Below are positions 1-9,795 of a DNA stretch of 64,000 bases, piece by piece. The notes beneath the pieces are model-generated. The model was not told where the DNA came from, made no database searches, and saw only the letters and a list, made by a program, of their open reading frames with translations. Every line of letters starts with the position of its first letter. The first letter of the stretch is position 1. The stretch is from an uncultured Alphaproteobacteria bacterium (GTDB lineage: Bacteria > Pseudomonadota > Alphaproteobacteria > Methylaequorales > Methylaequoraceae). The translations under genes and the position numbers were made by a program. Location: assembly GCA_902617375.1 (NCBI GenBank), contig CACMWI010000001.1, forward strand, positions 64,090-128,089, in the 5' to 3' direction.

Positions 1-1131
1 GTTCCATGATCTGAATGAAACTTTCACTCCCTTATAAGCTCCAAGACCAAATTTTTCTCCTAACAAGTATTTTCTTACATCTTTTACATCATTGCTACTT
101 GTTCTTGTAATAGCTTCTCCAATTGACCGAACTGCGGTCCATGCATGGTAATCCACTTCTGTCATCCATCGTCCACTTTCTCTTCTAAATCTGTTTTGCA
201 TTTGTGTTGCTCCCCATTGTTCGTGAGTTCTATGCCAAGACTTTGGAGTAAGTCCTTGCGTTCCAACAATGGGACGTGGATCCCAAGTTCTATATGTTAA
301 ATATTCACCAAATTCACCTTTTTCGTCTGCAACCACTAAAACATCATATTTTTCTCCTTTTGTAAAAATCGGTACTTCCTTACCCGCGGTACGTCTCAAA
401 TCTGCTGAAAAATCCCAAACTTTTTCTTTTTTAATTTTAATGTTAAATTTTTTAGCTGATTTTTTTAGAGCATCTGCATATTTTCTATCATTTTCATCTG
501 GTCCGGTAACTAAAAACCATTTATTCCATTTTTTTTTTACAAGGTATTGTGTTAAAGCATCTGACAGCATCGAGTAACTTGGTGGTACATGTAGTAGATT
601 TTTTTTACAATTCTCATTCCTTAAAGAATCTGCTTTCGATCTAACATTGAAAATGATAATTTCTTCTGAATTAAATGTCTCAAAAAGAGTTTTCAATTCC
701 TTTTCATTTAAATCAACAATAAAAAATTTATTTCCTTGGTTTAATAATTTTTGAAATTCACTTTTTAGATTTTCGTTAAGTAAGACTCTATGAAACTCTG
801 CTTTATAATCATGACCAACAAATCTTCCAGTTGTTAAGTTATCCTCAATTGCAAGCTTCACCCCGTAAAAACCCTCGTCATCGAGAATAGGATCAAGATT
901 TGAGAGCACTGGAGGAGTTTTTCTCTCCATACTTAAAAATATGAGTTTAGTTGCCAATGTTATTTCTTTTGAAAACTTTTTGTTTCCTCTTTTCTCTCTT
1001 TCTTTAAGTCTCTCTACATCAGCTTTTTTCCTCTCTTCAATTTGTTTAATGGAAAGTTCTCTAGCTTCCAATATAAAAAATCCAAAACAAAAATAAATTA
1101 AGAATATATATAAAAAATAAATTGATCTCAT
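1..1131 (-). CDS. ABC transporter substrate-binding protein, PQQ-dependent alcohol dehydrogenase-associated (TIGR03863/LutA/PedA1-like); 3' end lies outside the window
   Basis: Not in ORF track; manual translation from ATG at 1131: signal peptide, then GVKLAIEDNLTTGRFVG ... WHRTHEQWGATQMQNRF ... WTAVRSIGEA ... YKGVKVSFRSWN running off the edge. Confidence 0.8.
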   Translation of the reverse strand, partial: MRSIYFLYIFLIYFCFGFFILEARELSIKQIEERKKADVERLKEREKRGNKKFSKEITLATKLIFLSMERKTPPVLSNLDPILDDEGFYGVKLAIEDNLTTGRFVGHDYKAEFHRVLLNENLKSEFQKLLNQGNKFFIVDLNEKELKTLFETFNSEEIIIFNVRSKADSLRNENCKKNLLHVPPSYSMLSDALTQYLVKKKWNKWFLVTGPDENDRKYADALKKSAKKFNIKIKKEKVWDFSADLRRTAGKEVPIFTKGEKYDVLVVADEKGEFGEYLTYRTWDPRPIVGTQGLTPKSWHRTHEQWGATQMQNRFRRESGRWMTEVDYHAWTAVRSIGEAITRTSSNDVKDVRKYLLGEKFGLGAYKGVKVSFRSWN

Positions 1132-1181
1132 TATTTTCACTACTATAAATAAATTTTAAGAAATGTTAATCTAAAAATCAT

Positions 1182-2369
1182 ATGAAAAAAGATAATTCGA
1201 CAAAATTAGTTAGATCCGGTTTAAAAAGAACTGAGTTCATGGAGACTAGCGAGCCATTATTTTTAACGTCTGGCTTTGTTTACAATTCAGCTGAAGAAGC
1301 TGAAGATGCATTTAAAGAACGAAAAAAAAGATTCATGTATTCCAGGTTTGGGAATCCAACTGTACAGATGCTTCAAGATAAATTAGCAGACATTGAAGGT
1401 GCAGAGGTTTGTTGGTGTACTTCTACTGGTATGGCTGCAGTTTTTACAATTTTTATGTCATTCTTAAAAAAAGGTGACAGAGTTGTTGCAGGAAGAGCAC
1501 TTTTTGGAAGTTGTCATCACATTATTACAGAAATTCTTCCAAGGTTTGGAATTGAGGTTGAATTAATAGATGGAAAAGATCTTGATGCCTGGGAAAAAGC
1601 TTTAAAAAAAAAAACTTCATTAATTTTTTTCGAAACTCCTTCAAATCCATGTTTAGAAATTATCGACATTGAAGAAGTTTCTAAGTTGGCAAAAAAAAAA
1701 GGAGTTTTAGTTGTAGTTGACAATGTTTTTGCTACACCCTTATTACAAAAACCGCTTAAACATGGCGCAGATCTAGTTATGTATTCTGCAACCAAGCATA
1801 TCGATGGTCAGGGAAGAGTTTTAGGAGGAGCTATTCTAGGTACAAGGAGTCATTGTGATAAATTTATTAAACCCTTCATCAGAAATACTGGTCCATCCAT
1901 AAGTCCATTTAATGCCTGGGTATTACTAAAAGGTCTTGAGACGCTTGAAATTAGAATTAATCAACAAATCAAAAATACAAAGTTAGTTATCGATTATTTA
2001 GAAAGATCTAAATATATAAATAAAATTTATTATCCTTTTCTAAAGGATTCGCCTCAAATTAAATTAGCTATGAAACAAATGAAAGGCGGAGGGAACGTTG
2101 TTTCATTCGAAATTAATGCTAAAACCAATGAAAAAAAACAAAAATCATTTTCATTTTTAAATAAATTGTCTTTAATAGATATTTCTAATAATCTTGGAGA
2201 TACTAAATCCTTAATAACACATCCTGAAACAACAACTCACAATAGACTAAATGAAAAAGAAAAAAAAGAGCTCGGAATTACAAAAAACCTCATAAGACTT
2301 TCAGTAGGTCTTGAGGATCCAGAAGATATAATTGAAGATATTGATAAATCCTTAGAAAATTTAAAATAG
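1182..2369 (+). CDS. metZ: O-succinylhomoserine sulfhydrylase
   Basis: ETSEPLFLTSGFVY, YSRFGNPT, PLP lysine motif YSATKHIDGQGR, NNLGDTKSLITHP. Confidence 0.92.
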   Translation: MKKDNSTKLVRSGLKRTEFMETSEPLFLTSGFVYNSAEEAEDAFKERKKRFMYSRFGNPTVQMLQDKLADIEGAEVCWCTSTGMAAVFTIFMSFLKKGDRVVAGRALFGSCHHIITEILPRFGIEVELIDGKDLDAWEKALKKKTSLIFFETPSNPCLEIIDIEEVSKLAKKKGVLVVVDNVFATPLLQKPLKHGADLVMYSATKHIDGQGRVLGGAILGTRSHCDKFIKPFIRNTGPSISPFNAWVLLKGLETLEIRINQQIKNTKLVIDYLERSKYINKIYYPFLKDSPQIKLAMKQMKGGGNVVSFEINAKTNEKKQKSFSFLNKLSLIDISNNLGDTKSLITHPETTTHNRLNEKEKKELGITKNLIRLSVGLEDPEDIIEDIDKSLENLK

Positions 2370-2377
2370 TAATCGAA

Positions 2378-2764
2378 ATGATAAAAAAATATAACGTTAA
2401 AGTTTTTGTTGAATCTACATATCTTGAAGACCACTCAGATCCGTACGAAGATTCATACTTGTGGTCATATAAGGTTATAATAAAAAACAATGAAAAGGAA
2501 AAAATCAAATTGATAAGCAGACACTGGAAAATATTCGACTCCAACGGAAATTTTAGAGAAGTAAAAGGAAAAGGAGTTGTAGGTGAACAGCCAACAATAG
2601 AGCCAGGGGATAAATTTGAATATACAAGTGGAACACCTTTAAAAACAAGTTCTGGCATAATGCACGGAAGTTATCTGATGCTAAGTTTCGATGGAGAAGA
2701 GTTTAAGGTTGATATCCCAGCTTTCTCTCTGGATATTCCAAATCAAGGGAATAACTTAAATTAA
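2378..2764 (+). CDS. apaG: ApaG protein
   Basis: LISRHWKI...VKGKGVVGEQP...FEYTSGTPL. Confidence 0.95.
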   Translation: MIKKYNVKVFVESTYLEDHSDPYEDSYLWSYKVIIKNNEKEKIKLISRHWKIFDSNGNFREVKGKGVVGEQPTIEPGDKFEYTSGTPLKTSSGIMHGSYLMLSFDGEEFKVDIPAFSLDIPNQGNNLN

Positions 2765-2767
2765 GAA

Positions 2768-4216
2768 ATGGAAAATTTAAAATCCTCCCTGTTTGTAATC
2801 GGAAACTTATTAGTTTTTTTTTCGATTTATTCTTTCATACCAGGAGTCATAGATTACTTCTACCAAGGAACTGATTGGGTTGTTTTTTTTGTAATTTCTA
2901 TTGTTTGCTTATTTACTGGTCTAAATGTTTCATTTATTTTTAAGAGAAAAGATAAGGACGTAGAGGTTTTGTCGGCTTTCCTTCTTACTCTGATTTCGTG
3001 GGTACTTCTTACATTTATTGGAGCATTACCTTTCTATCTTGGAACAACAAGTCTGACATTAATCGATGCATTTTTTGAATCAATGTCTGGATTAACTACT
3101 ACTGGAGCAACCGTTATTCAAAATCTTGATTCAACATCGAAGTCAATTTTAATTTGGAGAGCAATGCTTCAATGGCTGGGTGGTATAGGTATAATTGTGA
3201 TTGCAATTGCAATTTTTCCAATTTTAAAGATTGGTGGCATGCAGTTATTTCAAAGTGAATTTAGCTCAAAAGAAGAAAAAGTTCTTCCTAGAACCACAAA
3301 AATTGCTACAGGAATTGGATTCGTTTATTTCTTTCTAACTCTTATTTGCAGCTTTTCATTATTTATAACTGGAATGCCAGGTTTTGATAGTTTAGCTCAT
3401 GGTATGACAATAATTGCGACAGGTGGTTTTTCAACAAAAGATATGTCAATTGGTTTCTTTGATTCAGTTTACATCGAAGTTGTTACAATTTTTTTCATGA
3501 TTTTATCTTCCTTACCTTTCATTCTATTATTTCAGTCTATTAGAGGAAAGTTAATGGACCTTGTAGCAAGTTCTCAAGTTCGATTTTTTTTAATTTTAAT
3601 TTTAAGTGTCACAATATTAGTGGCTTTCTGGTTGAAGCGGTACTATGAAGTAGATTTTTTTCAATCTTTGAGAATTTCAGCATTTGCAGTAACTTCAATA
3701 TCGACAGGAAGTGGTTTTAGTACATATGATTTCAGTGTTTGGGGATCATTTACCACTCTTCTTTTTCTTTTTCTAATGCTTATAGGTGGTTGTTCAGGTT
3801 CATCAAGTTGCGGTCTTAAGATTTTTAGAATTCAAATATTAATTAAATCCTCATTAAATTTAATTAAAAAAATAATCCAACCCAGAGGTGTTTTTATACC
3901 TACATATAATTCCAGAGAAATTAGTGAAGACATTCTTACTTCTGTTACTGGTTATTTTTTTTTGTATATTTTTATTTTTGCAACTCTTAGCCTAGTTTTA
4001 GCGTTTGACGGACAAGAAATTCTTACCTCCTTATCTGGTGCTGCGGCTACGTTAGCTAATGTTGGTCCTGGTTTAAATGAAATAATTGGACCAAGTGGTA
4101 ATTATTCCTCTATTTCAGATTTTACAAAACTGTTTTTAAGTTTAGGTATGCTTATTGGAAGATTAGAACTTTTTCCGATTTTAATACTTTTATCACCACA
4201 GCTTTGGAAAAAATAG
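2768..4216 (+). CDS. trkH: Trk potassium uptake membrane protein
   Basis: FFESMSGLTTTGAT, LQWLGGIG, ATGGFS, NVGPG, GRLE pore-loop motifs. Confidence 0.93.
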   Translation: MENLKSSLFVIGNLLVFFSIYSFIPGVIDYFYQGTDWVVFFVISIVCLFTGLNVSFIFKRKDKDVEVLSAFLLTLISWVLLTFIGALPFYLGTTSLTLIDAFFESMSGLTTTGATVIQNLDSTSKSILIWRAMLQWLGGIGIIVIAIAIFPILKIGGMQLFQSEFSSKEEKVLPRTTKIATGIGFVYFFLTLICSFSLFITGMPGFDSLAHGMTIIATGGFSTKDMSIGFFDSVYIEVVTIFFMILSSLPFILLFQSIRGKLMDLVASSQVRFFLILILSVTILVAFWLKRYYEVDFFQSLRISAFAVTSISTGSGFSTYDFSVWGSFTTLLFLFLMLIGGCSGSSSCGLKIFRIQILIKSSLNLIKKIIQPRGVFIPTYNSREISEDILTSVTGYFFLYIFIFATLSLVLAFDGQEILTSLSGAAATLANVGPGLNEIIGPSGNYSSISDFTKLFLSLGMLIGRLELFPILILLSPQLWKK

Positions 4217-4217
4217 T

Positions 4218-5123
4218 TTATATTTTTTTTAAACACCACAAAAGTATTGATTGGTGAGCATATAACCTATTTTCAGCTTCTGCCCAAACTAATGAATTTT
4301 CACCATCAATAATCTCATCAGTAACCTCACATCCTCTATGAGCTGGAAGACAATGCAAAAAATAAGTTTTTCTTCCGGTTTTCTGAAGCAAATCTCTGTT
4401 AATTTGAAATTTTTCAAAATTTTTTAATCTTTTTGGATTGCTTTTCATACCCATGGACACCCAAGTATCTGTAATTATTACATCAGCATCAAGTGCAGCT
4501 TCAAGTGGATTTTTGAAAAGTTCAACTTTTCCTGAATTAAGGCTCTTTAAAATTTTATTTGCAGGAAAATTTCCAGGTGGGCATGAAATTTTTAAGTTGA
4601 AATCAAAGTGTTTAGAAGCATGTATCCAAGAATTACAAACATTATTTCCATCTCCAATCCAGCTTAAATTCAAGTTATTGAGAGACCTAAATTTTTCTTG
4701 TAGTGTCATTATGTCAGCAATTATTTGACATGGATGGCTTATATCAGTTAATCCGTTTATTATCGGTACAGTAGAAATTTCTGAAAGCTTGTAAAGTTTT
4801 GACTCGTCTGAGCCTCTATATGCTATTATATCAACATAACTTGATAAAACTTTCATTGTATCCTCTAGAGATTCACCTCTACCAAGCTGGGAGTCAGAGT
4901 GATCCAAAGTAACAACATCTCCATTTAAGAGTTTCATGCCTACATCAAACGATATTTTGGTTCTTGTGGATGGTTTTTCAAAAATAATCGCTAAGATTTT
5001 TTTTTCTTTAAATTGTTTTGTTTTATAATTTTTTTTTAATCTGTGACTATACTTTAAAATTAAATCAATATCCTTTTTACCAATTTCATGAAGATTTAAG
5101 AAATGTCTAAATGATTTTTTCAT
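4218..5123 (-). CDS. argF: Ornithine carbamoyltransferase
   Basis: FEKPSTRT, HPCQ, HCLPAHRG. Confidence 0.95.
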   Translation of the reverse strand: MKKSFRHFLNLHEIGKKDIDLILKYSHRLKKNYKTKQFKEKKILAIIFEKPSTRTKISFDVGMKLLNGDVVTLDHSDSQLGRGESLEDTMKVLSSYVDIIAYRGSDESKLYKLSEISTVPIINGLTDISHPCQIIADIMTLQEKFRSLNNLNLSWIGDGNNVCNSWIHASKHFDFNLKISCPPGNFPANKILKSLNSGKVELFKNPLEAALDADVIITDTWVSMGMKSNPKRLKNFEKFQINRDLLQKTGRKTYFLHCLPAHRGCEVTDEIIDGENSLVWAEAENRLYAHQSILLWCLKKI

Positions 5124-5124
5124 A

Positions 5125-6288
5125 TTATAAGTTTGAAAATGCTTTATCTATTTTTTCAATTGCCTCTTCTACATGTTTCATTTCTAAAATCAAAGGAGGT
5201 AACATTCTTATCACATTCTGTCCCGCCTTTACAGTAAGAAGTTTTTCGTTAATTAAAGACTTTATTAGAATTTCATTATTTTCAATTGCCTCTAAACCAA
5301 CCATTAATCCTATTCCTCTAACACCAGAAACTAATTTTGGAAATTTAGTTAATATATTTTCCTTAAGGAGTTTTCTCAAATTAAAACCGATTTCTCTAAC
5401 ATGATCTAAAAATTCTTCATTTAATACAAAATTTAAAACTTCTTGAGCAACTGCCATTGCAAGAGGGTTTCCGCCAAATGTTGATCCATGAGAACCCAAG
5501 TCCATTGATTTAGAAGTTTTTTTATCCAATAATAATGCCCCAATAGGAAAACCTCCACCTATTCCTTTGGCGACAGCTACTATATTTGGTTTTAACTCCT
5601 TGACCCATTCTGTTGCTAAAAATTTCCCCGTTCTTCCTACACCGCACTGAACCTCATCAAAAAATAAGAGAAGATTATTGTCATTGGCTATTTTTTGAAT
5701 ATCCCTTAAATATTCTTTTTTTGCAGGAGTTATTCCACCCTCACCTTGAACTGTTTCAATCATTATCGCAGCTGTTTCTTTATCTACACTCCTTGAGACT
5801 GCCCTACTGTCATTGAATTCAACTTGTTTAAATCCATTTAATACTGGTTCAAATCCCTCTGTTAATTTTGATTTTCCACTAGCGGATATGGCCGCGTAGG
5901 TTCTTCCATGGAAAGAATTTTTTGCGCAAATAATTTTGAATCTTTTTTCATTTACAGCATTAAAATATTTTCTTATAACTTTAATACCAGCTTCGACTGC
6001 CTCAGTTCCCGAATTACAAAAAAACACCGATTCAGCAAACGAATTTTTTGTAATTTTATCAGCAACGATTTGTTGATTTTCAATTCTAAAAAGATTTGAA
6101 CAATGCCATATTTTTTCAGCTTGAGATTTTAGTGCTGATATAAGAGACGGATGACTATGACCAAGACTGGTAACACCAATGCCGCTCGTAAAATCTAAAT
6201 ATCTTGTTCCTTTTTTGCAATAGAGATACACCCCGTCTCCATGATCGATCTCGATATTTAGAGGATTATATACTTTTAAAATACTCAT
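5125..6288 (-). CDS. argD: Acetylornithine aminotransferase
   Basis: SFHGRT, DEVQCGVGRTG, AKGIGGGFP, HGSTFGGNPLA; adjacent to argF. Confidence 0.92.
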   Translation of the reverse strand: MSILKVYNPLNIEIDHGDGVYLYCKKGTRYLDFTSGIGVTSLGHSHPSLISALKSQAEKIWHCSNLFRIENQQIVADKITKNSFAESVFFCNSGTEAVEAGIKVIRKYFNAVNEKRFKIICAKNSFHGRTYAAISASGKSKLTEGFEPVLNGFKQVEFNDSRAVSRSVDKETAAIMIETVQGEGGITPAKKEYLRDIQKIANDNNLLLFFDEVQCGVGRTGKFLATEWVKELKPNIVAVAKGIGGGFPIGALLLDKKTSKSMDLGSHGSTFGGNPLAMAVAQEVLNFVLNEEFLDHVREIGFNLRKLLKENILTKFPKLVSGVRGIGLMVGLEAIENNEILIKSLINEKLLTVKAGQNVIRMLPPLILEMKHVEEAIEKIDKAFSNL

Positions 6289-7073
6289 GATCTTAAGCCA
6301 TACCCTCTTTTAAAAACATATATTGTAAAAATTAATAGGAATAAATTGCAAAACAATAATATTAAAAATCCTATGATTAGGTTGCTATCGCTATAACCTA
6401 AAAAACCAAACCTAAATCCATCAATCATGTAAAAAAATGGATTCCAACTGGCTAAAAAATGCCAAAATTCAGGTAATCTATCTATTGTGTAAAAAGTACC
6501 TGAAAGAAATGTTAGTGGCAAAATAATAAAATTTGTAACTGATGCCATATGATCAAATTTTTTAGCCCAGATTCCGCACAAAATTCCTAACAATGATAAT
6601 AATAAAGACGAAAAAAAACCAAAAATAAATATTATAAAAAAGTTATAAATTTGTATTGAAACAAAAGGATAGATTAATGCAGCGACAGAAAAACCTACAA
6701 GTAAACCTCTAGTAACTCCCCCTAGGCAGTACGAAAATGTTAATTCTAACTCTGACATTGGGGGCATTAACACATCTACAATATTACCTTGCACTTTTGA
6801 TATTAATATTGAAGAAGATGTATTTGCAAATGCGTTTTGCATGATTGACATACAAATAAGACCAGGGGCCAGAAATTGAGAGTAAGAATGACTTCCAGAA
6901 ACTAAAAAATCTCTATCCATTGATAGCGTGAATATTACATAAAATAGGATAGTAGTCACTGCTGGGGCTAAAATTGTTTGAGCGAAAACATTAAAAAATC
7001 TTTTTACTTCTTTTTTATATAGTGTAAAAAAACCAATCCAATTAAATCCTTTAAAACTTTTTATATTATACAT
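6285..7073 (-). CDS. ABC-2 type transporter permease (YadH-like)
   Basis: LYKKEVKRF, MQNAFANTSSS, PLTFLSGTFY, NPFFYMIDGFR. Confidence 0.88.
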   Translation of the reverse strand: MYNIKSFKGFNWIGFFTLYKKEVKRFFNVFAQTILAPAVTTILFYVIFTLSMDRDFLVSGSHSYSQFLAPGLICMSIMQNAFANTSSSILISKVQGNIVDVLMPPMSELELTFSYCLGGVTRGLLVGFSVAALIYPFVSIQIYNFFIIFIFGFFSSLLLSLLGILCGIWAKKFDHMASVTNFIILPLTFLSGTFYTIDRLPEFWHFLASWNPFFYMIDGFRFGFLGYSDSNLIIGFLILLFCNLFLLIFTIYVFKRGYGLRS

Positions 7074-7116
7074 AATTCACAAATGTTTAATTTAATAATA
7101 ATATCAAATATAAACA

Positions 7117-7629
7117 ATGATATCTGACTATTTAAAAAAGTATTCAACCTATTATCTATCAAGGTATAACGTTACTAAAAGAAAATTTGAGGATATATTA
7201 AAAAAAAAAATCACCAAGGATTATTTAGAAAAAAAGATCTCTGAATCAGATCATCACGAGTTAATTCAAGAAATTTCTAATGTGTTAAAATATTTCGAAG
7301 AAATTGGTTTTTTCAACGAGGAGCGAATGTTAGAAATTTCATTCGATAGCTTTGTTAAAAAAGGATACTCCAAAAAAAAAATCAAATACAAATTTCTTTC
7401 TGCAAAATTTGACAGAGATAAAGCTAATTTATTTTTAAAAAAAAAATTCATGGACGAGAAACTTAATCAAACACTTTTAATAAATTATTTAAATAAATCT
7501 AATATTGTAGAAAAACAAAAAAAATTAAATATTTCAGATAAACAACTTTTTGATAAAATATTGTCTAAACTATCTCAACAAGGTTTTGAATATGAAGATT
7601 CTATTAATATTCTCAACAAAATAATGTAA
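7117..7629 (+). CDS. recX: RecX-like regulatory protein
   Basis: N-terminal YL..Y...YLSRY, internal KKGYS and C-terminal L.QQGF.Y resemble alphaproteobacterial RecX repeats. Confidence 0.6.
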   Translation: MISDYLKKYSTYYLSRYNVTKRKFEDILKKKITKDYLEKKISESDHHELIQEISNVLKYFEEIGFFNEERMLEISFDSFVKKGYSKKKIKYKFLSAKFDRDKANLFLKKKFMDEKLNQTLLINYLNKSNIVEKQKKLNISDKQLFDKILSKLSQQGFEYEDSINILNKIM

Positions 7630-7630
7630 A

Positions 7631-8722
7631 ATGGAAATTTTAAACAACATTTTAGAAAAAATTAGTTTAATTAAGGATGTTTCATTTTTGGGCTTCCTTC
7701 TTACAAATATATTAACATGTATAGCTGTTTTTGGTTTTTTCATCATATCAAGGCATCTAATTAAAAAATTAATAATTAAAAAAATTTCACTAATTCTTAG
7801 CTTTTCCGAAACAAAAATCAAAGAAGCATTTTTAGTATCCATTGAAAAGCCTGTTGAATTCTTTGTTGTCTCAGTGGGAGTCTTTGCGTCTTCAAGTTTA
7901 TTAACTGCGTCTCAGAAAGTTAATTTTTTTTTTCAAAATATTAACTTATCCCTGTTTACTATATCAATATTTTGGTTAATTAGTAAAACTATAGAACCTT
8001 TAAGCCGTAAAATAAAAAATCTTAAGACAATATTAACTAAGGACTTGTTAGATTGGTTAATAAGTGCTGTTAAAATAATAATTTTTATTCTTGGATTTTC
8101 TGCTGTTCTTGAGGTGTGGGGAGTAAAAGTTGGACCTATCATTGCAGGTTTAGGTTTATTTGGAGTAGCGGTAGCATTGGGGGCACAAGACCTTTTTAAA
8201 AATTTGATTTCAGGTGTATTAGTATTAGTTGAAAAAAGGTTTAAGAAAGGCGATGTTATTATGATTGAAAGCATTATTGAAGGGAGTGTTGAAAGAATTG
8301 GTTTTAGATCAACTGCAATTCGAAAGTTTGATAAATCTTTATGCTTCATTCCAAATTACCAATTTGCTGAAAATGCTGTTGTTAATATTACCGAAATATC
8401 AAATAGAAGAATTAATTGGATAATTGGTGTAGAATATAAAACCACGATTCTTCAACTTAAAAACATTTGTTCTGATATCGAAAATTCGATCCGCGATAAC
8501 AAGAAGGAATTCATTGTTTCAGAATCAACTCCCGTTATTGTAAAAATCAGTGAGTTTGCTCCGAGCTCTATCGACATATTAGTTAGATGTTTTACCAAAA
8601 CCAATGATTATAATAAATTTATTAAAGCCAAGGATGGACTTGCAGTTGAAATAAAAAAGATTATAGAGAAAAGAAAGTGTTCATTTGCCTTTCCATCCCA
8701 GTCTCTATATATAGAAAAATAA
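7631..8722 (+). CDS. Small-conductance mechanosensitive channel family protein
   Basis: IAGLGLFGVAVALGAQDLFKNLISG, EGSVERIGFRST, FAFPSQ. Confidence 0.92.
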   Translation: MEILNNILEKISLIKDVSFLGFLLTNILTCIAVFGFFIISRHLIKKLIIKKISLILSFSETKIKEAFLVSIEKPVEFFVVSVGVFASSSLLTASQKVNFFFQNINLSLFTISIFWLISKTIEPLSRKIKNLKTILTKDLLDWLISAVKIIIFILGFSAVLEVWGVKVGPIIAGLGLFGVAVALGAQDLFKNLISGVLVLVEKRFKKGDVIMIESIIEGSVERIGFRSTAIRKFDKSLCFIPNYQFAENAVVNITEISNRRINWIIGVEYKTTILQLKNICSDIENSIRDNKKEFIVSESTPVIVKISEFAPSSIDILVRCFTKTNDYNKFIKAKDGLAVEIKKIIEKRKCSFAFPSQSLYIEK

Positions 8723-8727
8723 AAAAA

Positions 8728-9762
8728 TTAACTAAAGCTCTTAAGTTTTTTGTCGAAAGTTGACCAAACACCCTCTTTTCCATCCCAATTTCCAGATGTT
8801 GCAACTTTAGAATACTCAGTGGCTCTTGCCTCAAAAAAATTAGCATGTTCAACGCCATTTAGTATTTCTGTTAGCCAGGGCAAAGGGTGTTCTTTTATAC
8901 CAAACATTGGTTCTAAACTAAGTTGTTTAAGTCTCCAGTCGGCTATGTATCTGATATAGCTTTTGATATCGGTTGGCTCCATTCCTTCAACTGGTCCCAT
9001 TTCAAAGGCTAAATCAATAAAATTGTCTTCTAGTTCTACTACTTTTTCACAACATTCATTTATTTCGTTTTTCAATTTTTTGGTCATGCATTTTGTTTCT
9101 TTCACAAATTCATGGAAAAGTTTCACCATTCCTTCGCAGTGAAGAGATTCATCTCTAACAGACCATGTAACGATTTGTCCCATCCCTCTCATTTTATTGT
9201 GTCTTGGAAAATTTAGAAGCATTGCAAAACTTGCAAAAAGTTGCAATCCTTCAGTAAATCCTCCAAACATTGCAACTGTTTTTGCAATTTCGTGATTTGA
9301 ATCAATGGTAAACTGCTGCATGTAATCATGCTTATCTGCCATCTCTTTATATTTTAAGAATGCAGAAAATTCGGTATCTGGCATTCCGATTGTTTCCAAC
9401 AAAAGTGCATATGCTGCAATATGAACAGTTTCAATGTTTGAAAAAGCAGACATCATCATCTTTACTTCTGTAGGTTTAAATACTTGAGAATATCTCTCCA
9501 TGTAATTGTCATTTACTTCAACATCAGATTGGGTAAAAAATCTGAAAATTTGAGTTAATAGATTTCTTTCATTATCATTTAATTTAATAACCCAGTCTTT
9601 ACAGTCTTCACCTAAAGGAACTTCTTCCGGCATCCAGTGAACTTGTTGTTGTCTTTTCCAGAAATCAAAAGCCCAAGGGTACCTAAAAGGCTTATAAGAG
9701 TGAGATGAGGTCAAAAGACCTGGTTTTTTATTTTCAATTAAATCATTTTTGTTTCCGTCCAT
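8728..9762 (-). CDS. nrdB: Ribonucleotide-diphosphate reductase class Ia beta subunit
   Basis: FFTQSD, ETVHIAAY, FTEGLQLF, RDESLH, NFFE..ATEY. Confidence 0.95.
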   Translation of the reverse strand: MDGNKNDLIENKKPGLLTSSHSYKPFRYPWAFDFWKRQQQVHWMPEEVPLGEDCKDWVIKLNDNERNLLTQIFRFFTQSDVEVNDNYMERYSQVFKPTEVKMMMSAFSNIETVHIAAYALLLETIGMPDTEFSAFLKYKEMADKHDYMQQFTIDSNHEIAKTVAMFGGFTEGLQLFASFAMLLNFPRHNKMRGMGQIVTWSVRDESLHCEGMVKLFHEFVKETKCMTKKLKNEINECCEKVVELEDNFIDLAFEMGPVEGMEPTDIKSYIRYIADWRLKQLSLEPMFGIKEHPLPWLTEILNGVEHANFFEARATEYSKVATSGNWDGKEGVWSTFDKKLKSFS

Positions 9763-9795
9763 TTGTTCTCCTTATTTATTTTTAAATTATTAGCA

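Noticed and set aside
269..577. 102-aa plus-strand ORF and the many other short antisense ORFs in the track
   Set aside because: Shadows of well-supported genes on the opposite strand; no motifs of their own
1132..1181. Possible SAM riboswitch upstream of metZ
   Set aside because: Only 50 bp of AT-rich divergent intergenic DNA; no SAM-II/SAM-V/SAM-SAH core visible
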